53,942 bases of DNA, taken from NCBI GenBank assembly GCA_031284905.1, contig JAITXI010000171.1, forward strand, positions 1-53,942, read 5' to 3'. The notes beneath the pieces were generated by a model, which was given only the letters and a program-made list of their open reading frames with translations, was not told the origin of the DNA and made no database searches. Position numbers and translations under genes: made by a program. Positions 8,989 to 18,536 of the stretch are shown here, piece by piece (the first letter of the stretch is position 1; each line of letters opens with the position of its first letter). Source of the stretch: Bacteroidales bacterium. GTDB taxonomy: Bacteria > Bacteroidota > Bacteroidia > Bacteroidales > ML635J-15.

Positions 8989-9896
8989 ATTATAAAATCT
9001 TCTATTATTAAAAATTTTCCGTTATAAGTGAAAATATCTGATAATTTCATTTTTTGTTGTTTTATTCCAAAACTATAATATAGTGTAATTTGAAGAAATT
9101 CGTTTTGAAAATCTTTAAAGTTGTTTGCATTTACGGCAATTTTTGCTTCAATTGCTGTATTTATTTCATTTTGAAATAATGTCGAATTTCCTGATTGTGA
9201 AAAAACAGCATATTTCCCTTCAAATCTTATAAAAATTGATTTTAATGGCTGAAAATTTTCTTCAAAAAGACTTGTAGGAAAAGAAATTTCAGTTTTATAA
9301 GTTTTTTCAATTGTATTTCCTATATTTTTAATAAAGATTTTCGGATAAAAACTTACAGAAGAAAATTTTCCGTCTTTTAAAATTGGAAGTCCATTTGTCC
9401 CTGTGATACCAATTATTTCGAGTTCTGAAACGTTAGTTTTTCCATAAAGAGAACGAATTTCCGTTTCATTCATCTGATTTGCTTTATTTTTTTCCCATTT
9501 ATAAAATTTCCCATCTGAAAATAAATGCGGTTGATTGTTACTCAACGGAATAGAAAAAAAAATTACTTTTGCATTATTTTCTATGTTATGAAATTTGATG
9601 ATTAAATTTTTTATTGGTTTATCTATTTGAGATTGAATTTCATAATATAACCATTCTTCATCAAAATCAATTTTTTCTATTGGTGAAAATTTCACGGCTC
9701 TTCCTAATTTTTCGGTTACGCCATAATATATTTCCCCTGAATTTGTATTTGCAATAGCACAAATATTTTTTGCAATTTTTTGTATTGACTGAAATTCTTT
9801 TCCGGGAAATAAAAATATATTTTGCGGAATTTTAATTTTCTTATCAATCAAATTTTTACAAAAATCCAAACTATCTGTATAATTTATTAAATTCAT
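8985..9896 (-). CDS. Schlafen/AlbA_2-domain protein with uncharacterised C-terminal domain
   Basis: IAKNICAIANTNSGEIYYGVTE resembles the AlbA_2 core (SAFAN..GG...GV.D); PH...DGKFYK segment also fits. Confidence 0.72.
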   Translation of the reverse strand: MNLINYTDSLDFCKNLIDKKIKIPQNIFLFPGKEFQSIQKIAKNICAIANTNSGEIYYGVTEKLGRAVKFSPIEKIDFDEEWLYYEIQSQIDKPIKNLIIKFHNIENNAKVIFFSIPLSNNQPHLFSDGKFYKWEKNKANQMNETEIRSLYGKTNVSELEIIGITGTNGLPILKDGKFSSVSFYPKIFIKNIGNTIEKTYKTEISFPTSLFEENFQPLKSIFIRFEGKYAVFSQSGNSTLFQNEINTAIEAKIAVNANNFKDFQNEFLQITLYYSFGIKQQKMKLSDIFTYNGKFLIIEDFII

Positions 9897-9904
9897 AATC
9901 TATA

Positions 9905-9912
9905 CAAAATTA
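9905..9912 (-). promoter_or_regulatory. -7 promoter element for the AlbA_2-dgt-siaB-siaC operon
   Basis: TAATTTTG on the minus strand just upstream of the ATG at 9896. Confidence 0.55.
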
Positions 9913-9931
9913 TTTTTTTTTGTTTATGATA

Positions 9932-9952
9932 TACCTGCGGGACTTGTAGGTA
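9932..9952. terminator. Short hairpin downstream of the T9SS cargo gene (possible terminator or REP-like palindrome)
   Basis: Imperfect palindrome TACCTGCGG GAC TTGTAGGTA, 8 nt past the stop at 9960. Confidence 0.35.
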
Positions 9953-9959
9953 ATGCTAT

Positions 9960-11483
9960 TCATTTTATTATTACAGCTACTGTTCCTGTTTTTGCTAAAA
10001 TTCGTCCTGAATGGTCTTTATATTTTATTTGATATGTATAAACTTCTTGAGCTACGTAATTTCCTTTTTTTGTTTTGCCATCCCAGCCTTTATAAATTTC
10101 ATTAGATGTAAAAATTATTTCTCCGAATTTATCTAATATTTTCAGTTCATAACTATCTATATCAATGAAACTAACAATTGGTCGAAATTCTTGATTTTCA
10201 TAATAATCGGAAATTGGATTGAATGCTGTAGGAACATAAATGACGGCTTCTTCACTAGCGCAAGCTACATTTGAACGACTGATATTTGCAATGCGACTTG
10301 TATCGTTATCGTTTTGAATGGCTTCAACAGAATAACAAAAATTTTTATCAATTACGATGTGTTTCTTTTGTGAATATTCTAAGATACTACTTATATTATG
10401 ATAATATTCAAGTTGTGTAAAATCGACAAATCCTAAATAAATAGAAGTATCTTTTCCATAATAAATATTATAGCCGATTACTCCGCTATCCCAATGTGAA
10501 TAAGACGTCCATGAAAGTTTTTCTGTATATTGTTGAATTGGGTCATTTTCTACTTTCAATAAAATAGTAGTAGCTTCATTGGAGACAGCCGATTCAACAC
10601 CGCAATCGGTAACCGAAGTTAATTTATAAGAATAAGAATAATCATTTGGACGAACGCGTGAATCTAAATAAATAATTTCTTTTTGACCGGTGAAAGGAAA
10701 TTCTTCCAGAAATATATATTCTCCCTCCGAACGGTAATCTCTACGTTTAAGAACATATTTTTCAACTTCTAATGATGTAGAATCTACAGAAAATTTTACT
10801 TCAATTATTTTATTTTTAACACTTGCATATTCTGCAATTAAGAAAGCCGGAGCTACAAATGCTTGAGTAAAAATATTTATCGAATTAGATGTAGCAGTAT
10901 TGTTTTGTGGACTTATAGCTTCAACATAATAAAAATAATTTTGAAACATCGTTACAGAATTGTCTGTATATGTTAATGACGTTCCTGATACAGAGTCTAT
11001 TAGTTGATATGTAGAAATATCTGTACGTCTATAAATTCTATATTTTACAATATCATTCCAACCGCCATAAGCTGACCAATTAATTGACACAGCAGTATCG
11101 CATTTTTCAAAATTAATTCCATCAAGTTGAATAGTTGTATGCTCGGCAGTCATAGGGCTACGCGTAAGCATATTATCGAAAGCATCAATTCTATATTTTT
11201 CAGCAACATAATCTGAAACCGCATAAGAAAAAATATAATTATTATTATTTCTTCCCCAAACTGTATCAATTCGGGTTGAAATTCCACTAATGACTTTATA
11301 AATGTAATAACCTTCAACTGAAAGATCTTGGCTTGGTATCCATTTTATTTCAATTGTTGTTGGAACAGCATCGGGAATTACAGAAACTGATATTAATATT
11401 GGCATATCGGGCTGAGCCGAAAATGCGTATTTTCCGCTAAAAACAAATAATGAAATCAGTATTATTAAAAATAATTTTTTCAT
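9960..11483 (-). CDS. Secreted Fn3/Ig-repeat protein with T9SS type-B (gliding-motility) C-terminal domain
   Basis: Signal peptide MKKLFLIIL...AFSA; Fn3-like W...Y.IYR...Y.D repeats; CTD VPTAFNP...WDGK...VYTYQI...GTVAVIIK; ATG 11483 preferred over TTG 11492. Confidence 0.82.
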   Translation of the reverse strand: MKKLFLIILISLFVFSGKYAFSAQPDMPILISVSVIPDAVPTTIEIKWIPSQDLSVEGYYIYKVISGISTRIDTVWGRNNNNYIFSYAVSDYVAEKYRIDAFDNMLTRSPMTAEHTTIQLDGINFEKCDTAVSINWSAYGGWNDIVKYRIYRRTDISTYQLIDSVSGTSLTYTDNSVTMFQNYFYYVEAISPQNNTATSNSINIFTQAFVAPAFLIAEYASVKNKIIEVKFSVDSTSLEVEKYVLKRRDYRSEGEYIFLEEFPFTGQKEIIYLDSRVRPNDYSYSYKLTSVTDCGVESAVSNEATTILLKVENDPIQQYTEKLSWTSYSHWDSGVIGYNIYYGKDTSIYLGFVDFTQLEYYHNISSILEYSQKKHIVIDKNFCYSVEAIQNDNDTSRIANISRSNVACASEEAVIYVPTAFNPISDYYENQEFRPIVSFIDIDSYELKILDKFGEIIFTSNEIYKGWDGKTKKGNYVAQEVYTYQIKYKDHSGRILAKTGTVAVIIK

Positions 11484-11539
11484 ATTTTTCAAACTACAAA
11501 TATAAAATTTTTTTTATTAAAAAAATACTTTTTATTAAT

Positions 11540-11575
11540 AAAAATAGAACGAAAAAATTTCATTCTATTTTTTTA
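11540..11575 (-). terminator. Probable intrinsic terminator after the OmpA-family gene
   Basis: Stem AAAAATAGAA / TTCTATTTTT with T/A tracts. Confidence 0.45.
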
Positions 11576-11585
11576 TGAAATTTAA

Positions 11586-13679
11586 CTAAAAATCATCTCC
11601 CGTATCGTTAATAATTGCAGAACCTTTTTTAATCTCTTGTTGTTGTTCTTTTTCAATTTGGACTTCTTCTATAGTTTTTGCATTTGTTCCATAATCTTTT
11701 GAAAGAACGCTAAATTCTGTTCTACGATTAATTTGATTTGCTACTTCTTGTTGGTCTGTTTTTAATTTTATGATATAACTTTCTGTTAATTTATCTCCAA
11801 CTTTAAAATACGAATATTTTTTTGCTAATTCTTCGTCAATAATTTTCGGGTCGCTTTCGCCCATTCCTTTTGAAGTCAATCTTTTAGCATCTATTCCTTT
11901 TGAAATTAAATAGTCAACACATGATTTTGCTCTCTCTTGCGACAAGTTCATATTATATTCATCATTTCCTCTATAATCGGTATGAGAACGTAACTCTATT
12001 GTAATTTTCGGATTATCTTTTAATGTTTTTACTAGTCCATCAAGTGAAACTGTTGATTCCGGTTTTAAAGTCGCTTTATCATAATCATAAATAATATTTG
12101 GTAAAGTTATTACTCTTGGTATTAATCCTAAATTTATTTCTACATTAAAAACTGTATCATATTCTACATTGAAAGTAGAAATATCAACTGAAGTCGCAAA
12201 ATAATAATCATCAACTTCTGCAGATAATTTATAATTTTGTTTATCTTGTAATTTAAAAATAAAATCTCCGGAATTACCGCTTTCAATTTCTGCTACCAAA
12301 CCGTTATCATTATTTACTTTTAATTTTGCACCTTTCAATAATTTTATTTTAGCTTGGTCGGTTGTATCACGAACTACACCATTAAGTGTAATCGTTAAAG
12401 GAGGTAATGAGAATGAATAAATATCATCACTACCTTTTCCGCCTTTTCTATTTGAAGAAAAATATCCATTATTTTCTCTTCCACTAAAGATTATTCCAAA
12501 ATCATCAAAAGAAGAGTTAATAGGTGGTTTTAAATTTTCTATACCAATGATATTTCCTTTGGCATCTTTTATAGTTTTAAAAATGTCAAGACCGCCCATA
12601 CCTTCATGAGCATCGGAAGAAAAATACAAAGTTCCATCATATTGGATAGTTGGATAAACTTCATCACCAATAGTATTAATTATAGGTCCCATATTTATAG
12701 GTCTTTCAAAAGAAGTTCCTGTGTTTCCTATTTTTTTTGCCATATAAATATCCATTCCTCCATAACCTTCCGGCGTATTTGCAGAGAAATACAATGTTTT
12801 TTCATCCGGCGATAAAGCAGGATAACCAACTTCATAAGTAGAAAAACCTTGAAAATCAACCCAAACAGGTTCTCCCCAAGCATTTCCTTTTTTTGTAGTG
12901 TAATAAATTTTGCAAGGAATGTCTTGTTTTATTTGAGCGATACATTTCGTATAATACATTTCTGTACCTTTAGAAGATAGAACCATAGCTCCTTCATCAT
13001 CACCAGTATTAATATTTCCTGTTATTGGTTTTGGTTGATCCCAAACACCTTTTCTATCTTGTGCTGTTTCAAAAATGTCAGTAAAACGTTGTCCGGAACG
13101 ATTGTTATAATCTGTACCTACAACGCCTTCGCGAGAAGATGTAAAATAAATTGTTTTAAAATCTTTACTAGCCCAAGCAGGAGAAAAGTCAAACGAAGAC
13201 GTATTGAATTTTGCAGTATTAGTAACTTTAAATCGTGAAGGACGATTTATCCATTTTGGAGCTACTTTGCAAGATTCCAAACCACTTTTCCCTCTATAAT
13301 CATCAGGGACAACTTCTGTATAACGTTTATAAACTTCAATTGCAGTTTCGTATTTTCCATTCATTCTTAGTGCATCTGCATAAAACAAGAGTACATCTGG
13401 TTTTATAACACCTTTTGTATAATTTTTTACTGCAATAGCAAAATAAATTTCCGATTTTTCCGAATCCCCAAGCATTTTGTAACAATAACCTAATTTATAA
13501 GCAACTTCTGCTTTTTCGTTTTGCTCTTTTGCGTTATTTAATGCTTTTTCATAATGGTCTTTTGCCAAATCATATTGAAATGAATCAAAAAAAGAATCTC
13601 CTTTTGTGATTGCGGATCTTTGTGCTTGTATTAATAAAGGCGTTACTAATACTACAAATATAATTACTAACTTCTTCAT
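11586..13679 (-). CDS. TPR-PD40-OmpA domain protein (PorE-like, T9SS-associated)
   Basis: N-terminal TPRs, PD40 repeats (YFTSSREG, LYFSSDAH.GMGGLDI), OmpA C-terminus (NIIYDYDK, SHTDYRG, LSQERA, NRRTEF); ATG 13679 preferred because a TAAATTTG -7 element overlaps the upstream TTG. Confidence 0.88.
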   Translation of the reverse strand: MKKLVIIFVVLVTPLLIQAQRSAITKGDSFFDSFQYDLAKDHYEKALNNAKEQNEKAEVAYKLGYCYKMLGDSEKSEIYFAIAVKNYTKGVIKPDVLLFYADALRMNGKYETAIEVYKRYTEVVPDDYRGKSGLESCKVAPKWINRPSRFKVTNTAKFNTSSFDFSPAWASKDFKTIYFTSSREGVVGTDYNNRSGQRFTDIFETAQDRKGVWDQPKPITGNINTGDDEGAMVLSSKGTEMYYTKCIAQIKQDIPCKIYYTTKKGNAWGEPVWVDFQGFSTYEVGYPALSPDEKTLYFSANTPEGYGGMDIYMAKKIGNTGTSFERPINMGPIINTIGDEVYPTIQYDGTLYFSSDAHEGMGGLDIFKTIKDAKGNIIGIENLKPPINSSFDDFGIIFSGRENNGYFSSNRKGGKGSDDIYSFSLPPLTITLNGVVRDTTDQAKIKLLKGAKLKVNNDNGLVAEIESGNSGDFIFKLQDKQNYKLSAEVDDYYFATSVDISTFNVEYDTVFNVEINLGLIPRVITLPNIIYDYDKATLKPESTVSLDGLVKTLKDNPKITIELRSHTDYRGNDEYNMNLSQERAKSCVDYLISKGIDAKRLTSKGMGESDPKIIDEELAKKYSYFKVGDKLTESYIIKLKTDQQEVANQINRRTEFSVLSKDYGTNAKTIEEVQIEKEQQQEIKKGSAIINDTGDDF

Positions 13680-13887
13680 GTTCTGAAAAATTTTTATTCT
13701 AAAATGTTTTAATAAATATTGTGCCAAATTTAACTATTTTTTTTATATTTTTGAAGAAAAAAATTATTTTTCTTTAAATTATTTAATATTTTTGATAAAA
13801 TATGCTTGTATTGGATTGTTATCATAGAAAGTTTCATCTATTTTGTTATTAATTTTTTAAAGATATTATTTCGTCAAAAATTATACA

Positions 13888-14583
13888 TTATTTTAAAAAA
13901 TTATTGTTATTTTTCCCTGTAACTACAACAACTATCTCTCCTTTTGGAGGAGTTGTCGTAAAATGATTAATAACTTCATTAATTGTGCCACGAACAGTTT
14001 CATTATAAATTTTTGAGATTTCTCTTGAAACGGAAACTTTACGATCGTGTCCAAAATATTCTTCAAATAATTCCAAAGTTTTTACAAGACGAAAAGGCGA
14101 TTCATAAAAAATCATTGTACGTTCTTCATTTACAAGTGATTCTACTTTTTTGTTTTTCCCTTTTTTTTGAGGAAGAAATCCTTCAAAACAAAAACGGTCG
14201 GAAGGAAAACCTGAATTTACAAGCGCAGGAACAAAAGCTGTTGCTCCGGGTAAACATTCAATTTCAATATTTTTTTCAATACAAGTTTTTACTAACAAAA
14301 ATCCCGGGTCGGAAATTGAAGGAGTACCGGCATCGGAAATTAATGCACAACTTTCGCCTTGTAAAATTTTATCCGCCACAAAACCAACTGTTTGGTGTTC
14401 ATTGAATTTATGATGACTAAACATTTTTGTTTGTATGTCAAAATGTTTTAATAATATTCCTGATGTTCGTGTATCTTCTGCTAAAATAAAATCAACTTCT
14501 TTTAGAATTTTTATCGCTCTAAAAGTCATATCTTCGAGGTTTCCTACCGGAGTAGGAATTATAAATAGTTTATTAATAGACAT
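13888..14583 (-). CDS. rsmI: 16S rRNA (cytidine-1402-2'-O)-methyltransferase
   Basis: PTPVGNLEDMTFRA, AEDTRT, SDAGTPSISDPG, FYESPFRL, REISKIYNE, KGEIV. Confidence 0.96.
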   Translation of the reverse strand: MSINKLFIIPTPVGNLEDMTFRAIKILKEVDFILAEDTRTSGILLKHFDIQTKMFSHHKFNEHQTVGFVADKILQGESCALISDAGTPSISDPGFLLVKTCIEKNIEIECLPGATAFVPALVNSGFPSDRFCFEGFLPQKKGKNKKVESLVNEERTMIFYESPFRLVKTLELFEEYFGHDRKVSVSREISKIYNETVRGTINEVINHFTTTPPKGEIVVVVTGKNNNNFLK

Positions 14584-15853
14584 TTACGAATTTTTTCAAA
14601 ATGTTAAATAGTTGATTATATCCTGCAAAATTCAGCGTTTTGAGTTTATCTTCCGGATTGTGATAATAAGTTTTTTCATTTCCCATTGTATAAATGAAAA
14701 ATGCTTTAACACCTTTATTATAAAATGGACAATGGTCGCTATTGCAACTTTCTCCACGTAATTTTATTTTACCTTCTTCAAAATAATTATTTTCGGAATT
14801 TATTTCAAAAATTAAATCTTTAACATCTTGATATTCAGGTAATTCTCCGTTTACGATTGTAAATCCGTTATCGCCAGTTCCAACCATATCAAGATTTATC
14901 AGACATTTGATTTTTTTTAAATCAAATAACGGATTTGTTGCATAAAAACTAGAACCTAAAAGTCCGGCTTCTTCACCTGAAAAAAGCATAAAAGCAATCG
15001 AATATTTTGGTTTATTTTTTGAATAATAATCTGCTAAATCAAGTACAAAAGCTGTTCCGCTGGCGTTATCGTGTGCTCCGGGAGCAAAAAAATATTTTCC
15101 TTGTCCTCCAACATGGTCATAATGTGCTGAAAATACAAAAAAAGTATCCTTTATTTCTCCTTCAATATATCCGATTATATTTTTTGTCTTAAAATTATTA
15201 TTTAATTCTGCTTTAATATCTATTGAAATATTTTTGCAATTATTATTAATAATATTGTTGTTGATTTTAATCTGCGGAAAAGATTTCTGCTTTTGCGAAA
15301 GTGATATAAGAAATTCATTATCAACTAATTCAATAATTCCGGCAAACTTAAATTGATTATTATATGCAATTGAAATATATTTATTTTTCAAATCTTTGTC
15401 TGCAATTAATGAATAATTAATTACAAGAAATTTGTCAAAAACTTTACTTTGTAAAATTTTATCAACAAAAGCATCATAATTATTAATTAAAACAGAATCC
15501 GGATAAAAAATTTCAAAATTTCCTTTACAGGTTGGAGTGAAGCCTCCAAGGATATAATCAATTCCGGGCTTTAAAAGTTGATTATCTAATTTTATTTCAA
15601 ATTTTTTCGGAAATGTATTAATAGGATAATTATAATTTTGAAAATAAGAATTTCCGAATTTATTAATATTATTTTTTGAAAATTCGCCTGCAATAAATTT
15701 CGCAGCTTTTCCCATTCCGTTATTGAGATACCCACGACCATAAAAATTTTCGGAAGTCAAAACTGCTATTCTTTCTTTGGTTTTCTCTATGTTTTGAGAA
15801 AAGATGAAGATGGGGAAGAGAAAAAAAATAAGAAGTAAAAATTTTATTTTCAT
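14573..15853 (-). CDS. M28 family metallopeptidase, exported
   Basis: SAHYDH, GAHDNASG, GEEAGLLGS, NLDMVG, SDH, YHNPED; signal peptide. Confidence 0.92.
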   Translation of the reverse strand: MKIKFLLLIFFLFPIFIFSQNIEKTKERIAVLTSENFYGRGYLNNGMGKAAKFIAGEFSKNNINKFGNSYFQNYNYPINTFPKKFEIKLDNQLLKPGIDYILGGFTPTCKGNFEIFYPDSVLINNYDAFVDKILQSKVFDKFLVINYSLIADKDLKNKYISIAYNNQFKFAGIIELVDNEFLISLSQKQKSFPQIKINNNIINNNCKNISIDIKAELNNNFKTKNIIGYIEGEIKDTFFVFSAHYDHVGGQGKYFFAPGAHDNASGTAFVLDLADYYSKNKPKYSIAFMLFSGEEAGLLGSSFYATNPLFDLKKIKCLINLDMVGTGDNGFTIVNGELPEYQDVKDLIFEINSENNYFEEGKIKLRGESCNSDHCPFYNKGVKAFFIYTMGNEKTYYHNPEDKLKTLNFAGYNQLFNILKKFVNVY

Positions 15854-16017
15854 TGTTTATTTGAATCTTAATTTAGTGTTTTTTATTTTTTGTTATATTT
15901 TTAAATTAAATATTTCATCTTTAATTTTTTTCGCAGATTCAATCACAAATGTAATTTTATTATTGAGCAAAGATAATAAAAAATATTCATTTGGAGTTAA
16001 AAAAACTATTTTTTTTC

Positions 16018-16134
16018 GAGGTCTGTTGTTAATATAGTTTTATATTTATTCAATAAATTGATTATCAATGGTTTTTAAGTCGTTTTTTAGGAATATATAA
16101 TCTAATAGTCTATTAGCATTTTCATTACAGCCTC
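16018..16134. mobile_element. Possible degenerate MITE with GAGG(T)CTGT termini
   Basis: GAGGTCTGTTG at 16018 versus ACAGCCTC ending at 16134; a similar GAGGCTGTTTCC occurs at ~43997. Confidence 0.4.
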
Positions 16135-16327
16135 ATTTCGTAAAATTTATAAGGATGAGCGAAGTCTGCAAAGAATTGTTTAAGATAAAAATCTACTCTA
16201 TTGATAAATTTGTCTCTTTGCATTTCCAAGATTTCTAAAAAATGAAAGACATTTTTCAGAACTTTAATTTGAAAATTTTCATATAGTTCTTAAATAGGCA
16301 AATCTAAAAATTTCATTTATCTCACTA

Positions 16328-17962
16328 CTATCTCCTAATTAATTGTACCGTTCCTGCTTGTTTGATTTTTTTTCCATTATTTCCTTCTGCTGAAATTGTG
16401 TAATAATATACACCTTCTGGAGCATCATTATTTCCGGAAATTTTGCCGTCCCAAAAATTATTGGCATTATTCGACTCAAAAACTTTTTCACCTTGTGTTC
16501 CGGAAATTATTAAACTGAAATTTTTCAAAACTATATCTGATTTAATTTCAAAGAAATCACCTACTCCATCTCCGTTTGGTGTAAATACATTTGGAATTTT
16601 CAGATATGTATCGGCAATCACTAAATTTTCTGAATATTCGCGGAAACAATCATTATTTATTTTGGCTAAAAGTTTCACATTATAATTTCCTCCATTTGGA
16701 AATTCATAGTCGAAATTATCATTTCTTGAAATTTCTTTATCATTTATTTTCCAAATAAATTCGATTTCGTGATTTTTTTCATATCCCAAATAATCAATTT
16801 CTGTAAGATTGTTAAATAGAAATCTATTCTTATCTATTAAATCTGCTTCTACTTTAAAATATGGTTTTAATTTCAAAGTGTCAAATAAAAACACTGAATC
16901 TCTTACTACACATTCATTATTATATTTTATCTGAACAAAATGAATTCCTGCATTTAAATTTGGAAAATATCCTGTTTTGTTTGAAATTTTATTATCCAAA
17001 ACAAATAATTCGGGTTTTAAATTTTTAACATTTATTGTAATTGCTCCATTCCCTCCCGAACAATAATCAGGATTTCTTTGTATATTATAGATAATATTAT
17101 CGAAAACTTTGATAATTCTTTCTTCTGTCAGATTACAATTTTTGTTGGAATAATTGATTTTAATAAGATTTTCTCCATTTTTAAGATTAAAAATTTCAAA
17201 TTTGTTTTTAGAAATATTTTTTATTTTGAGATTTTCAATTTCCCAATCAATTGAATAATTTTTCAAGTTTTCTATTGTTACTTTTACGCTTTGATTTGGA
17301 CATAAAATCTCATCTGAAAATATAAGTTTTGGTTTGGCTGTTTCTGTATAAACAACTGTCATACTGTCTATTAGAATAACATTATTTTGTTTTTCATAAT
17401 ATTTTATCAAAAATTCTCCGGTATTTGAAGCAACAAAGATAGTATTTTTACTATTTGATGACATCTCAATTCCTTTTGGTAGAATAATATTTTTTATAGG
17501 TTCTATAAATTTCATTTCAAATTCTAATCCGCAAACAATCGTATCTTTTATAGTGAAGAAATTAATATTTTGGATTAAAGTTTTAGAATCTTTATTTTGG
17601 TGTAGCCAATTATCTGTTTTTTTATTTATAGAAATAATTTCTTTTTTAGTATTATTAGCATTTTGAATTATTTTAGTATTATTTTTGCTAATATTAGTTA
17701 TTACAACGTTATTGTTATTTTCAACAACATTATTTGTGTTTTCAATTTGATTTTCATTTTTATAATTTAGTATTACAATAATAAGTATAATTGTTGAAAT
17801 TATCAAAATAATATAAATTACAATTTTTGCAATATTTGCTCTACAAAGTTCTTTAAAACTTGTTTTAGGATAATTTTTTTTAATATTGTCAAAAATTTCC
17901 TGTGAAGGAGTTTTTTGATAATTATAAAGTTTATCTTTAAATATGTCGTTAATTTCTTTCAT
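16328..17962 (-). CDS. Anti-sigma-like membrane protein with PKD/Ig-like domains and T9SS type-B CTD
   Basis: N-terminus DIFKDKLYNYQKTPSQEIFDNIK, one TM (aa ~47-66), Asn-rich linker, C-terminal IPNVFTPNGDG...WDGK...PEGVYYY...GTVQLIR; overlaps the ECF gene. Confidence 0.75.
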   Translation of the reverse strand: MKEINDIFKDKLYNYQKTPSQEIFDNIKKNYPKTSFKELCRANIAKIVIYIILIISTIILIIVILNYKNENQIENTNNVVENNNNVVITNISKNNTKIIQNANNTKKEIISINKKTDNWLHQNKDSKTLIQNINFFTIKDTIVCGLEFEMKFIEPIKNIILPKGIEMSSNSKNTIFVASNTGEFLIKYYEKQNNVILIDSMTVVYTETAKPKLIFSDEILCPNQSVKVTIENLKNYSIDWEIENLKIKNISKNKFEIFNLKNGENLIKINYSNKNCNLTEERIIKVFDNIIYNIQRNPDYCSGGNGAITINVKNLKPELFVLDNKISNKTGYFPNLNAGIHFVQIKYNNECVVRDSVFLFDTLKLKPYFKVEADLIDKNRFLFNNLTEIDYLGYEKNHEIEFIWKINDKEISRNDNFDYEFPNGGNYNVKLLAKINNDCFREYSENLVIADTYLKIPNVFTPNGDGVGDFFEIKSDIVLKNFSLIISGTQGEKVFESNNANNFWDGKISGNNDAPEGVYYYTISAEGNNGKKIKQAGTVQLIRR

Positions 17963-18488
17963 AATTTTCTTTTTTCAAAATTTCCAGAATTGCTTCACGA
18001 GCTTTTTTGAATTGAGTTTTTGATGTCGATTCGCTAATTCCCAATAAATCAGCTATTTCGCTATGTTTGTAACCATCAATTGCATAAAGATTAAAAACAG
18101 TTTTATATCCAATTGGCAATTTGTTAATAATCATTAATAATTCTTCTGCATTGATTTTTTCAAAAGGAGTTTCTTCCTTTGAGTTTACATTAATAATAAT
18201 ATTATCATTTTTAAAAGAATTATAATTGCTTGATTCTAAGTAATTAATTGCATTATTTATTGTCAATTTTCTGAGCCAGCCTTCAAAAGAGCCTTTAAAT
18301 TGGTAATTATCGATTTTAGTTAATATTTTAATAAAATTATCTTGCATTAAATCTTTTGCGTCTTCTTCATTTTTAGTATATCTCAAACATATCCCGTATA
18401 TCAAAGGAGAAAATTTTTTATACAATTCATCAAAAGCTTTATGGTCTTTTTTTTGACATTGTTTTATTAATTTTTCTAATTTCTCCAT
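17949..18488 (-). CDS. ECF RNA polymerase sigma factor
   Basis: AFDELY, DAKDLMQDNF, GSFEGWLRKL, LPIGYKTVFNLYAIDGYKHSEIA.LLGISESTSKTQ. Confidence 0.95.
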   Translation of the reverse strand: MEKLEKLIKQCQKKDHKAFDELYKKFSPLIYGICLRYTKNEEDAKDLMQDNFIKILTKIDNYQFKGSFEGWLRKLTINNAINYLESSNYNSFKNDNIIINVNSKEETPFEKINAEELLMIINKLPIGYKTVFNLYAIDGYKHSEIADLLGISESTSKTQFKKAREAILEILKKENYERN

Positions 18489-18536
18489 TTCATGATACGT
18501 TATATAGACAAAACAAAGTTCAAAAACGTTGCCTGA

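Noticed and set aside
16140-16270. Possible further MITE (AAGTCTG...CAGAACTT)
   Set aside because: The inverted match is too short and gapped to distinguish from chance in AT-rich DNA.
17600-17780. Asn-rich low-complexity stretch as a tandem repeat
   Set aside because: Explained as a disordered linker encoded by AT-rich codons; no fixed repeat unit.
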